Assembly (NCBI RefSeq): GCF_001194135.2
Contig: NC_068982.1
Coordinates: 148,499,774 to 148,563,773 of the forward strand
DNA: 64,000 nt
Direction: 5' to 3'
Source of the DNA: Octopus bimaculoides
Taxonomy: Eukaryota
Shown: positions 51,126-62,479 of the stretch, piece by piece
Layout: every line of letters begins with the position of its first letter
Numbering within the stretch: the stretch's first letter is position 1
The notes under the pieces: generated by a model
The model's input: the letters and a program-made list of their open reading frames with translations, nothing else
What the model was told of the DNA's origin: nothing
Databases searched by the model: none
Position numbers and translations under genes: made by a program

Positions 51126-51804
51126 AATGACAAGGAGGAGAGGACACTGCTGTCACTGCTGCCACTACTCATACCACCACTGACAACAACAAGGATGATA
51201 GCAAGGCAGTGGTGGTGGTGATGATGATGATGTAGCATTACATAAGTAGTGTATAGTTCTTGTCCCTTTGTATATTTTTCTTCAGTTTCTCCCTTTTTAA
51301 GACAGTTAACTCTGAGTTGAGGGATATTTGTTTGCTATTGCTAACAGGTCAGTTGACCACACAGAGGCTTGTTCATTGGTTTGGCCACTGTAGAATTAAG
51401 TTATGGTCAAAATACCAGAAACAGCAAAGAAATAAAACATTTCAATATTTCACTTAAGAGAAACATGGAGATGTTGTTATGTGTGACCAATATTGTATAC
51501 TCAGCAGGGGATTCATATTGTTAAGTGGTGGGCAGGATGGGCTAAATATTCTTAATTAATTCAAATTATGCCCACAGTAAGAAGGAAAAGATCATTCACT
51601 TTAATAATTAATTCTGACCAGGGAAAGGTAAAAGATATTAACCTGCAGTCTAAATTAAATGTGAATATTTATGTGAACGACGTATTGCAATAAACAAGAG
51701 TCTTTCATAATTTTAGTGACACAAAAGTATCGTTAATGCTCTACAAATCTTCAATTCTGTTCACAACAAGACAAGTAATGTTTAGCTTAATATTCATTAA
51801 TCAG

Positions 51805-52230
51805 AAGGCAGCGAGCTGGCAGAAACGTTAACACACCAGGCAAAATGCTCAGCAGTATTTCGTCTGTCTTTATGTTCTGAGTTCAAATTCCGCCGAGGTC
51901 GACTTTGCCTTTCATTCTTTCGGGGTCGATAAATTAAGTACCAGTTGCATACTGGAGAGGGGGGGGTCGATCTAATCGATTGCCTGCCCCGCTTCCCGCA
52001 AAATTTCAGGCCTTGTGCTTAGGGTAAAAAAGAATATTCATTAGTTACACAGCAGCAAGCGGGCAGTATTGTTAGCATGCTGGACAAAATGCTGAGTGGC
52101 ATTTTATCCATCTTCATGTTCTGATTTAAAATTCGATGCAGTCATTCATCCTTTCAGTGTTGATAAAATAATTACCTGTCAAGCACTGGGGCTGATAAAA
52201 TTCCTAGCCTTGTACCAAAATTTGATGCAA
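51805..52230 (+). mobile_element. Two tandem SINE family B copies
   Basis: ggcagcgagctggcagaaacgtt...gagttcaaattccgccgaggtcgactttgcc; the second copy is degenerate. Confidence 0.8.
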
Positions 52231-52419
52231 AAACTCAGTAGTTAGGAGATGAAGGTGAATTCATCTTTTACTTGCTTCAGTCATTGGACAGCAGCCATGC
52301 TAGGGCACTACCTTGAAGGTTTTTTAGCTGAATGCATCAACCTCAGTACATATTTTTAAAATCTGATACTTATTCTATCAGTCTCTTTGACCAAACTGCG
52401 AAGTTACCATAATATAAAC

Positions 52420-53125
52420 GAACCCACTACACTCTTGGAGTGGCTGGCGTTAGGAAAGGCATCCTGCTGTAGAAACTTTGCCAGGTTGGATTGGAGCCTG
52501 GTGCTTTTTTACGTGTCATGAGCATGAGGGCCAGTCAGGCAGTACTGGCATGAACCATGCTCGAATGGTGCTTTTTACACGCCGCTGGCATGGGAGCCAG
52601 TCAGGTAGTACTGACAACAATCATGCTCGAATGGTGCCTCTTACATGTTACTGGCACAGGACCAGTCAGGTGGCACTGGCATCAACCACACTCAAATGGT
52701 GCTTTTTACATACCACCGGTATGGGTGCCAATCAGGCAGTACTGTCACTGCCCATTACAACGACTTCACTTGCCTCAACAGGTTTTTGCAAGTGCAGTTT
52801 ATTGCCCAATGATTGAAAAGTACTCTTAAATGAGCTGGTTATGCTGCACTGGCATAGGCCACAGTTACGGTGTCACTTGGCTTGCTGAGTCTTCTCAAGC
52901 ACAGCATATCTCCAAAGATCTCATTCACTTGTCATCGCCTCGGTGAGGCCCAGCATTTGAAGGTCATGCTTCACCATCTCATCCCAGGTCTTCTTGGGTC
53001 TACCGCTTCCACAGGTTTCCACTACTGCTAGGGTGTGACACTTTTTCAGACAGCTGTCCTCATCTATATGCAACACATGACCATACCAGCATAGTCGTCT
53101 CTCTTGCATACCACATCTGATGCTT
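52420..53125 (-). mobile_element. RTE LINE 3' end (ORF2 end + UTR) with an inverted terminal segment
   Basis: SIRCGMQERRLCWYGHVLHIDEDSCLKKC...GRPKKTWDEMVKHDL on the minus strand; 52420-52503 is in plus orientation. Confidence 0.8.
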
Positions 53126-53169
53126 ATATATGATGATGATGATGATGATGATGATGATATATATATCAT

Positions 53170-53303
53170 CATCAGGAATGTGAAACTGAGTAAGAGTTTT
53201 AGTGATATTTTTGCTGCTTTTTAATAAAGCATATTAATCTACCTCTGGTATTCAAGTACTATTTTTTCCACCTTGTTTCACATTTATGTGTTTACTCTGG
53301 TAT
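53170..53303 (+). mobile_element. Penelope-like terminal element in (TA)n, related to 63119-63305
   Basis: Reverse complement of the 63119-63250 region, including aataaagcatatt and ccaccttgtt.cacatt. Confidence 0.7.
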
Positions 53304-53615
53304 ATATATATATGTATGTATGTATCATATGCGTATGTTTTAGAACAAAGTGTTTGATGAGTATAGAACAATAATAAGAAAGAGATGATGCAAGAAAAAC
53401 AATGGTTGCATAATGAACTTCATTAGCTTATGGCCACTTCTGCTATAAGATGCAGTGAACTCATAGTTGAGTGCCTGAATAATAACTATAGCTTCATTGG
53501 AGCCTCAAATATGAAATGCAGTTTATTGGGAATAAAAGAATTACATTTGTGCAATATACAGGGAAAACAATACCTGTGAGAAAGTCATTACTGATGTATA
53601 TGCACCAGTAATGAC

Positions 53616-53661
<46 letters not shown>

Positions 53662-53662
<1 letters not shown>

Positions 53663-53820
53663 GGAAGGTCGGTTTATTGGATTACCTTAGGTTTCCCATC
53701 CATTAGGGAAACCTAAAGTAATCCCATAAACTGGCCTTCCCAATTTTTAATATGGGGAAGGCCAGCTCTACATCTTAGAGTGTGCTTCTTCTTTAGGATT
53801 TATGTTTTTTACAAATGACA
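53662..53820. mobile_element. Small palindromic element (36-bp arms) in (TA)n, related to 49456-49705
   Basis: Arms 53662-53697 and 53706-53741 (4 mismatches). The tail ctctacatcttagagtgtgcttc resembles ctctacttcttagattgtgcttt. Confidence 0.75.
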
Positions 53821-53837
53821 TATATATACATATATAG

Positions 53838-53868
<31 letters not shown>

Positions 53869-54584
53869 ATAGATGCTTTTTTTCTATTTCCATCTACCAA
53901 ATTCACTTACAAGGCTTTGAAGGTCTGAGGTTATACTAGAAGATAATTGCTCAAGGTGCCATGCAGTGAGAATGAACACAGTACTACGTGGTCAAAAAGT
54001 AAACTTCCTACCACACAACCATGCCTGTGTGTATGGTAAGTTAAATGTCTCTTCTCCAAGTGAATATTAGAAATGTTAGAGAGACCAAAAATCATAAGAG
54101 AACCGGTAGTTCAGTACTATGAGTTATTATTAGGACATATTTCCATTCATTAGTGTGATGATATAATCAATTGCTTTATCCTGATATCTATTTATAAATG
54201 GGGAACTTATAAGTTGTGATATCCATATATTTCCTGATAACATTGACACTGTTGAGGAAACCATATCAAGATCCTGATAAAAATTAAGGGCATCTCATAA
54301 ACAAGGCTGCATTTAAACACTAATATAATGTTAAATGTTACATATAACACTCTTGTCAGAACAGGGATAGCTCTGTATGTGGTTTCATCCAGTTAAAAAC
54401 AGCAGTCAAATTACTCTTAAATCAAACCTTACTGTCTTAGGAAAGATGATATCTAAGTTTACATTGGATTATGTAGTCTTAGACGCATGATACCTGACAA
54501 AGAAAGAAGGGAAAAAGATATAGAGTAATGACTAATACATGTTTGATCATAGAAGTGACCAAAGTCAAAATAATAGTAATGATA

Positions 54585-55000
54585 TTGGTCTTTAATTTTG
54601 GCACAAGGCCAGCAATTTGGGGGAAGGGCGTAAGTTGATTACATCGACCCTCAATGCTCAACTGGTACTTATTTTATCAACCCTGAAAAATGAGAGACAA
54701 AGTCAGCCTCAGCAGACTTTGAACTCAGAATGTAAAGATGAATGTGATGCCGCTAAGCATTTTGCTTGGCATGCTAAAGAGCACTAATAATATTGGTTTC
54801 AAATGTTGACACAAGGCCAGCAATTTCGGGGAAGGAGCAAATCAATTAAATAGACCCCGTATTCAACTAGTACTTATTTTATCGACCTCGAGAGAACAAA
54901 AGTCAAAGTCAACCCCGGCAGCATTTGAACCCAGAACATAATGCCACTAAGCAAAATGCTTAGCAGTGTACTAACGACTCTGCCAGCTCTCTGCCTTAAG
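54585..55000 (-). mobile_element. Two tandem SINE family B copies
   Basis: aattttggcacaaggccagcaattt...aaagtcagcctcagcagactttgaactcag, twice. Confidence 0.8.
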
Positions 55001-55218
55001 AGCATTATATAACATTCACAGTATAAATGAATTGAAATAGATTCTTGATTCAAAACTGCAACATAGAATTAATTCTGCAAGAGCTCTCTTGTTATACCAC
55101 ATAACTCTGTACAAGATATAATACCATACATTATTCTTTTCACCGTAAAGTTTTAATTCCTAATATTCAGATCACTTGTCTTCAATTTCAAACACTAAAA
55201 ATAACAATTGCATCAAAT

Positions 55219-55224
55219 TTTATT
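55219..55224 (-). promoter_or_regulatory. Candidate AATAAA poly(A) signal for the putative minus-strand gene
   Basis: tttatt at 55219-55224, about 390 nt past the putative stop; common in AT-rich DNA. Confidence 0.25.
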
Positions 55225-55610
55225 TTACAAATAAAACTACATTTATACTTTAAATACAGTTATAAATACTTGGAAATACAACAGTTAAGATTATCTATGG
55301 AAGGAAGAAATACAAATGAATTAAAATTTTTATCACTTAACCAAAAAGCCAAATACAAAAATACAGTTAAACAAAAAATAGATTACTACAGTAGGTAATA
55401 AAAACATTGAATATTTTCATGTAATAAAATCTTTATCATTCTTCAAGCATCATTTCATTGCATTTAATTTTCTTAAATATGTCGACGTAGCAAATCTTCA
55501 TCTGCTTTTCATATAATTTTGCTTGTTCTTTTTTTTTCATTATTTCTTGTTTCTTTCTTTCCTTCTTTCTTTCATGTTGTTGTTTTCATAGTAATACTAC
55601 ACAGTAAATT

Positions 55611-55635
55611 TTAATGACAAACAGGTTTTGTAAAC
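55611..55635 (-). CDS. Putative terminal coding exon of unknown gene (..W-FTKPVCH*; alternative frame GLQNLFVIKIYCVVLL* ends at 55586)
   Basis: Strong acceptor attctttttttgtttttatcacagttttcag|G followed by repeat-free AT-rich 3'UTR-like sequence. Confidence 0.45.
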
Positions 55636-55987
55636 CTGAAAACTGTGATAAAAACAAAAAAAGAATATTTAAATTATAATGCTATTCATTGAACCTGGAA
55701 ATGAAATCTCTAATTCTTAAAGTCAATGCCATTAGTCATGGAATAGCCTTTCTCACTAATTAACTTATTAATTAGGTTGAATAATCTGATTTTTGATTTC
55801 ATCTCAACAAAATTACAAATTGTTAGGTTTTAATTTTGTTTAGTCTTTTGAAAAGCAAAATGTTCTCGTTATATTGTAGGTCTATGTTTTCTTTTTATGA
55901 TTTTCAAAATAATCAAAACGGTTTTCATTTATTATTTATTTTTAACTGGTGATAGTATTCAAAATAATTAGTGGTTTGTTAGAGGAA

Positions 55988-56021
<34 letters not shown>

Positions 56022-56049
56022 GTACATGCACACATATACATTTAACGAC

Positions 56050-56351
56050 ATTCTAGTAACACCATTTACTGCATCTCCTGCTCTTTCTGCCATTCTCTGT
56101 ACCTCAGTCAAACAGGATGCCACTTGGCTGACAGGTTCACAGAGCACCTCCGAGACATCAGACTCAGCAATGACACCCTGATCTCATACCATTTCCGCTC
56201 TACCTGTCATTCACTACAACACATGTCTGTGTTCAGATTGTCTTTGCACAGAGGCCATCTGGACTCCTGCCTTCGCCATGAAGAGGAATTAATCTTCTCT
56301 CTTCGCTCCTTTACACCACATCGGCTCAACTTCCCTCCTCTCTTCATCTGA
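56050..56351 (+). mobile_element. Penelope-like element GIY-YIG endonuclease C-terminal fragment
   Basis: YCISCSFCHSLYLSQTGCHLADRFTEHLRDIR..SYHF..HS..R.EEELIFSL..P..LN corresponds to YCI.C..C...YIGQT.R.L..RF.EH..HF..E..LI..L....P.GLN. Confidence 0.85.
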
Positions 56352-56359
56352 CTCCCCTC

Positions 56360-56502
56360 CTCTCCTCTCTTCACTCCAGCTCACCTCTCCTCTCTTCACT
56401 CCAACTCACCTCTCCTCTCTTCACTCCAACTCACCTCTCCTCTCTTCACTCCAACTCACCTCTCCTCTCTTCACTCTAACTCACCTCTCCTCTCTTCACT
56501 CC
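56360..56502. repeat. 25-bp minisatellite (ccaactcacctctcctctcttcact)n running into a gap
   Basis: Unit starts at 56401, 56426 and 56451. Confidence 0.9.
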
Positions 56503-56941
56503 NNNNNNNNNNNNNNNNNNNNNNNNNNNNNNNNNNNNNNNNNNNNNNNNNNNNNNNNNNNNNNNNNNNNNNNNNNNNNNNNNNNNNNNNNNNNNNNNNN
56601 NNNNNNNNNNNNNNNNNNNNNNNNNNNNNNNNNNNNNNNNNNNNNNNNNNNNNNNNNNNNNNNNNNNNNNNNNNNNNNNNNNNNNNNNNNAGCAACCATC
56701 TCTCTTCATTGATACCTCCTTCACCCACCCACCCCCACCCTCACTCTCACACACTCCACTCCCACACACCCCACACCAACACCCAATACCCAATAATGTT
56801 TAGGGCTCCTTTTCTTGCCTTTCTCTCTGTTAGGGAAAGCAGTGCTGTGTCTAAATAGACCTGCTTTGTCGCCACTGGAGGACACGGGCAGCACAGTTAC
56901 TCACAACTTCTATGCTGGAACAACCATCATGCAATGTTCAC

Positions 56942-57044
56942 CAATTGTGTAGAGATCTAGCAAGAGACTTCCAGTAATATCCTTTGCCTGTCCCTGCCAC
57001 TTTCACTCTCTTGCCAGAGGATTTTTGATTTTTGCAAGTTGAAT
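56942..57044 (-). CDS. Putative internal exon (103 nt, phase 1 to 2): D-STCKNQKSSGKRVKVAGTGKGYYWKSLARSLHN-W
   Basis: Acceptor ...cattcaatacagtacag|AT; donor TG|GTGAAC (weak). The frame is open and compatible with both neighbouring exons. Confidence 0.35.
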
Positions 57045-57089
57045 CTGTACTGTATTGAATGAATAAATGCAAGTTGCCAGAAAACCCAA

Positions 57090-57330
57090 AGCGGTGAGCT
57101 GGCAGAAACTTTTGCACGGCGAGCAAAGTACTTAGCGGTATTTCGTCTGCCACTACGTTCTGAGTTCAAATTTCGCAGAGGTCGACTTTGCCTTTCATCC
57201 TTTCGGGGTCGATTAAATAAGTACCAGATACACACTGGGGTCGATATAATCAACTTAATCCGTTTCTCTGTCCTTGTTTGTCCCCTCATGTGTGTAGCCC
57301 CTTGTGGGCAAAAAAGAAATAAAAAAACCC
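57090..57330 (+). mobile_element. Full-length SINE family B
   Basis: gcggtgagctggcagaaac...cccttgtgggcaaaaaagaaat. Confidence 0.88.
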
Positions 57331-57435
57331 ACATATATGATTTGATTTAAGTGTTGAAAGCTGGTGTAGAACCACCCAGTGATGATAGAAAAAATATGGT
57401 GTACATATGTGTCACAATATAGATATATATTGTGG

Positions 57436-57486
<51 letters not shown>

Positions 57487-57533
57487 GTATGTATATGTAT
57501 GTATGTATGTATGTATCTATCCATCTATCTATA

Positions 57534-57990
57534 CACTTGAGGGTTGGCTGTTAAGTTCATATTCATAGGCTGACCAAGATACTCTCATGGGATCTGACCA
57601 AATGGGATTTATTTTTCAACATAGATCTCCTTGTGGTCTACACACTTCATCTATCCATGTTGTAATGCTTGAATGCCATTGGTGAAGAAGCTATCATCCT
57701 GTTCATCGAAAAAGTCGTCAACAGCAGATATGACATCATCATCACCGTGCTACTGGTTCCCAGCCAAGTGTTTATTCGTTTTGGGGAGCAGATGATAGTC
57801 AGATGGAGCCAAATCTGGAGAATAAGGAGGGTGGGCAACCAGTTCAAAGCCACATTCATATAAATCAGCCATTGAAACCAAGGACCTGGGACCAGGAACA
57901 TTGTCCCCATGAAACAAGTCCCCATTCATCAGTTTTCCTGGGCATTTGATCTTGAGAACTTTACATATCTGCCTCAGAAAGGTGGCATAG
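57534..57990 (-). mobile_element. Mariner transposase C-terminus and terminal inverted repeat
   Basis: HGDNVPG...GFELVAHPPYSPDLAPSDYHL...FFDEQDDSFFTNGIQALQH..KCV...YVEK contains the diagnostic YSPDLAPSD motif. Confidence 0.9.
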
Positions 57991-58206
57991 TTACAAAGTT
58001 CATATTGTTGATATCAAATAGAATGTTAACGCAGGTCATCGTAGGTAGAATCTAAAGATGAATGAGAAGAAGGAAGGTGTGCAAATAGTCCCTTACAGCT
58101 GTTTCAAGAATAGATGTGCCATTGATGCAATTCTTTGCATCATTTATTCTCTAAGCTGTAAGGGACTACCTGGACACCTTTCTTCTTATCCAGCTTTAGA
58201 TTTTAC

Positions 58207-58316
58207 CTATGGATCCCTGCTGTTTTTTATTCAAACCATCTATATAATATGAAGCTCTAAAAATTAATTGAGTACTCTTGTAGACTTTTGTCACAGTATA
58301 TATTTCTTGATGTATT
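58207..58316 (-). CDS. Putative internal exon (110 nt, phase 2 to 1): IHQEIYTVTKVYKSTQLIFRASYYIDGLNKKQQGSI
   Basis: Acceptor atattatttttcag|A; donor ATAG|GTAAAA; only one frame is open. An alternative upstream acceptor at 58388 stays in frame. Confidence 0.42.
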
Positions 58317-58576
58317 CTGAAAAATAATATATTCACAGCTCTAATCACAGCTGTGTCTGTGTTTATTAAGCACATTGCCACATGTTGCTATGACAAAACT
58401 TGAAAGTGTTGAATAGCTATGAATTTAATATATTTCATATGGGAAACTTATTTTATCAACTCCTGCTTTTCTATCTAGTTTTCTTTCATATTATGTATTA
58501 TAATGTCTACAATGGTTCCTGTTTTTGTATCATGAGCTATCTTTAAAGAAGAATGTCATAAGAGTGAACACATTAA

Positions 58577-58797
58577 CCCTTTTGTTACCAACCCGGCTGA
58601 AACTGCCTCTGGTTCTGAGTACAAATGTCTTGTTTTTATAAGTTCTAAATTAGAATCTTCCACCAAACCTTAGTCACAATTAATGTTCATAACACTAGTT
58701 TAATGATAACTAAGTTATTTTACTAAATTCCTTGTTATATTTAAAATTAATTGAAAGAAACACAGAGCATCTCAACAGAAATATGGTAACGAAAGGG
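58577..58797. mobile_element. piggyBac-type MITE (221 bp)
   Basis: TTAA target duplication at 58573-58576 and 58798-58801; TIRs ccctttt.gttacca / tggtaacgaaaggg. Confidence 0.88.
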
Positions 58798-58829
58798 TTA
58801 ATGAAAAATAGATACTCCAATACATTAGT

Positions 58830-59090
58830 AGTGAAGGTGTATGACGAAGTGGTTCGGCTGTTGCACTTAAGATTTTGTGATTGTGGGTTCAATTCCTGAA
58901 CTGGGAGGTGCATTCTGTTCTTAAGCAAAAAAAAAAAAAAAACTACTCTAGTTCTTTCAGTTTTAAATGAGAAACTCTGCCATGGACTAGCATCCCATTC
59001 AAGGGAATGAATGTTGTGCACTCGGTTATTTATACACCATGGAAAACAGGTAACTGTCCCTATGAGTCCTAGACCCTGAGACTGTAATGC
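58830..59090 (+). mobile_element. Degenerate tRNA-derived SINE (distinct family)
   Basis: B-box-like gggttcaattcc; central atggactagcatcccattcaagg. Confidence 0.5.
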
Positions 59091-59344
59091 TCAAGGGTTG
59101 ATGATGACGGTACACCAACTTGTAGAATGACAGACAAATTCACCCACTGAAGAATAATCATCATCGTTGTTTAACGTCTGTCTTCCATGCAGGCATGGGT
59201 AGGACAGTTGACAGGAGCTGACCAGGTAGAAGACCACATGAAGCATGGAAAAAGTATGCTATATGAACCAAATACATTCTAGTTATAAAACAGATGAATA
59301 TGTCATAAAATAACTCATAAAACTGAACACGACATGTTTCATAC

Positions 59345-59400
59345 CTAACCACAAACTTACAGAATATATTACAAAACAGAATTAAAAACCTGAAAGCCAT
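59345..59400 (-). CDS. Putative upstream exon or start: (MAFR)FLILFCNIFCKFVV-R
   Basis: Acceptor ctatggctttcag|G at 59389, or in-frame ATG at 59400; donor TTAG|GTATGA ends in phase 2, matching 58316. Confidence 0.3.
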
Positions 59401-60119
59401 AGAATGTACATCAGACAACTAATGATATATATATACCTCAACGTAAATGTAAAAGTTGCAATGTTCATGACCCAAACTTTTATGTTAGAAACACAAGTAT
59501 GACACTTTCTCATTGGTTGACCATGCATTTACAACAAGAAGCCATTACTGTGCATTATAATACAGAACATTAAACAAAACTATGAGTAGATAGAAAAACA
59601 TTAGCTGATAGCACTACCAGAATATATAGAATTCCATTAAGTAAACTAGAATACAATTCATGGAAGTTTATTAATAGCCAAAATACAAACCAAAAATCAA
59701 CACACAGATGCTGTACATATGAAATATACTATGATAGCAACCTGGGAGTTGACCATTAAACTAATTTTAATCTGATGTTGATTTTTTTTTATTTTTGGTA
59801 TCAGCATTTTTTCTGGTGATGCCTTGCTAGCTACAACCAAAAGTGGCATCATTGTACCACTATCATTATTACATTGAGATTTGTCCATTAAGGTCTTGGA
59901 GCATTAATGTACTTAGGAAGAGTAATGTTCCAAATTAAACAGAAAGAACTAATATGAAAATAAGAAAAAATCTTGACTGGAGAATTTTTTAACTTGATAA
60001 AACATATAAATGAGCATGTGTGTAGAGACACAAGCACACACATGCATACACACACACATGCAGATGCACGCACATGCTCATACACACACACATGCACACA
60101 CACACACACACGCATACGC

Positions 60120-60310
60120 ATATGGTTGTGTGGTTAAGTTGTCTGCTTCTCAAACATATGGTTTTTATTCATTCTCACAGCATAAAGGCTGGTATGGCTC
60201 AGTGGTTAAGAAGTTTTTTTTTTCCTAACCATATGGGTTAGGGTTCAATCCTACTGCATGCAGTATTGAGTGTCTTCTACTAGAATCTTGGACTGGAAAC
60301 TGACAGTCAA
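60120..60310 (+). mobile_element. Degenerate SINE family C head(s)
   Basis: gtggttaagaag...accatatgggttagggttcaatcctactgc..gtgtcttctacta. Confidence 0.6.
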
Positions 60311-60756
60311 AAATAAGTTGAAATAAATATACAGATATGTGTGTGCGTGTGTGTGTGGTGTGTGTGGTGTGTGTGGTGTGTGTGTGTGTGTGTGTGCGTG
60401 TGTGTGTTCATAAATATGTGTGAATGTTGATATTCCAAATTTGGCAGTCACTAACAAAAGTATTAGATATGTTTACATAACTACAAAATCCTCTGGCAAT
60501 GAAAATGTTGCACTCTTGAAAACAATATTAAGGTGGAAAAAGATAGCGCCAAACTAAAGAACTAGGTAATATAAAGTGCTATGTATGAAATAAAACTTCT
60601 CACTCTCTCTATATATATATTCTAGTAGCATTCAACCTTTTGATTATACTGAGCGTCATATCATTTTGTATGAATGTATAAATATGTGTGCATGTGTGTG
60701 TGAAAGTTGTTATATTTCACAGATTTAATAATGTAGCAAATGTATCAATATTTGGT

Positions 60757-61110
60757 CATCATCGTTTAACGTCCGCTTTCCATGGGTTGGATGATTTGAC
60801 TGAGGACTGGTGAGCCAGATGGCTACACCTGGCTCCAATCTGATTTGGCAGAGTTTCTACAGCTGGATGCCCTCCTAATGCCAACCACTCCGAGAATGTA
60901 GTGGGTGCTTTTACATGCCACTGACACGAAGGCCAGTCAGGAGGTACTGGCAATGGCCACGCTCAAAATGGTATATTTTACGTGCCACCCGCACAGGAGC
61001 CAGTCCAGTGGTACTGGCAACGAACTCACTCGAATGTCTTTTCACCTGCCACTGGCACAAGTGCCAGGAAGGCGACATTGGTAGTGCCAGGAAGGCAACG
61101 TTGATCATGA
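60757..61110 (-). mobile_element. RTE family A 3' end
   Basis: Collinear with 838-1270. Confidence 0.85.
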
Positions 61111-61194
61111 ATAAAAACATAATGAAAGAGCTATTAGATTGTTGAAATCGGAGTTTACTTGCTAAAACATTATATCTGTAATATGTAACCATTT

Positions 61195-61575
61195 TAAGGC
61201 AGCAAGATGGCTGAAACGTTAGCATGCTGAGTGAAATACGTAGTGATATTTTGTCTGTCTTTACATTCCAAGTTCAAATTCCATCAAGGTCAGTTTTACT
61301 TTTCATCCTTTTGAGATCGATAAATTAAGTACCGGTTGCATACTGGAGTCGATCTAATTGACTGGCCCCCTCTCCAAAAGTTTCAGGCTTTGTGTCTAGA
61401 GCAGAAAAGAATATGTCACCATTTTCTCTACAGTTCTCAGCTACCAGATCCAATCACAAGGCTTTATTCAGCATGAGTCTGTAATAGAAGACACTTGTGC
61501 CACATGGTACCAAATAGTTGGATTGAACCTGAGACCACATCATTGGCGAGCAAGCTTCTTAACCAAGCATCTACA
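61195..61575. mobile_element. SINE B (+, 61195-61415) and SINE C head (-, 61440-61575)
   Basis: Family motifs as above. Confidence 0.7.
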
Positions 61576-62017
61576 CCAGCTGCACCCTTACTTCTATCCC
61601 CACCACATCTTTAGTTTTTTCTTTTAGCACTGAGGTTTGATTTATTTGATTTTTGTCATATTTTTAGCTTTATGTTTATTTTTACTTTCAATTTCTTTTA
61701 TTTACAACCATGTATATATACCCACATGTTTTTTCTTCTCCATGAGGTTGCTATATACATGTACATACACATGCGCGCACGCGCACACACACACATACAT
61801 AAAAAAGTAAAAAGTAAAAGAATCAAAAGGAAGTGTAAGTACAGTTAGGCAGCTTTTTAATCACTACAAATGTTTCAATACATACAGATCCTCATATATA
61901 CAGGATTTAAAGTTAAGTTTTAATTAAATTATGTAACGGTTTAACTGTATAAGAAGATCTATATGTATCTCCTCAGGCAGTACTCAGTTGCTGTCTCGAA
62001 AGTAAATCTAGATTTCT

Positions 62018-62248
62018 TATTTCTTTATTGCCCACAAGGGGTTAAACATAGAGGGGACAAGCAAGGACAGACAAAGGGATTAAGCTGATTACATTGACCC
62101 AGTGGATAACTGGTACTTAATTTATCATCCCCGAAAGGATGAAAGGTAATGTCGACCTCAGCGGAATTTGAACTCAGAACGTAACGGCAGACAAAATACC
62201 ACTAAGCAGTTCACCCGGCGTGCCAACGTTTCTGCCAGCTCACTACCT
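62018..62248 (-). mobile_element. Full-length SINE family B with 15-bp TSD
   Basis: taaatctagatttct at 62003-62017 and 62249-62263. Confidence 0.92.
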
Positions 62249-62479
62249 TAAATCTAGATTTCTGTGCTACAACATCCATGGCTTCTTCTTTGAAACTAAC
62301 AACCACTGACAGTTTCAATTCGCTCGATTTGAGTGTGTTATCACATTCGGTATGAGCTGCAATGCGCACGTTGTCTGTTTATTTATTTGGTTTCAACATG
62401 TTATTCTGCACATGCCAAACTGTACCATTACGCAAAATACACTCATCCATTAGCTCATACTTATACAATCACTTACACA

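Noticed and set aside
50359-51238. Long acidic, poly-His or poly-Ser ORFs
   Set aside because: They are translations of (GAT)/(GAG) microsatellites and span an N gap.
60481-60500. 15-nt match (aaaatcctctggcaa) to the putative exon at 56942-57044
   Set aside because: A match of this length is expected by chance in 64 kb of AT-rich sequence.
8500-62248. tRNA genes
   Set aside because: A/B-box-like motifs occur only as SINE heads; no complete cloverleaf was seen.
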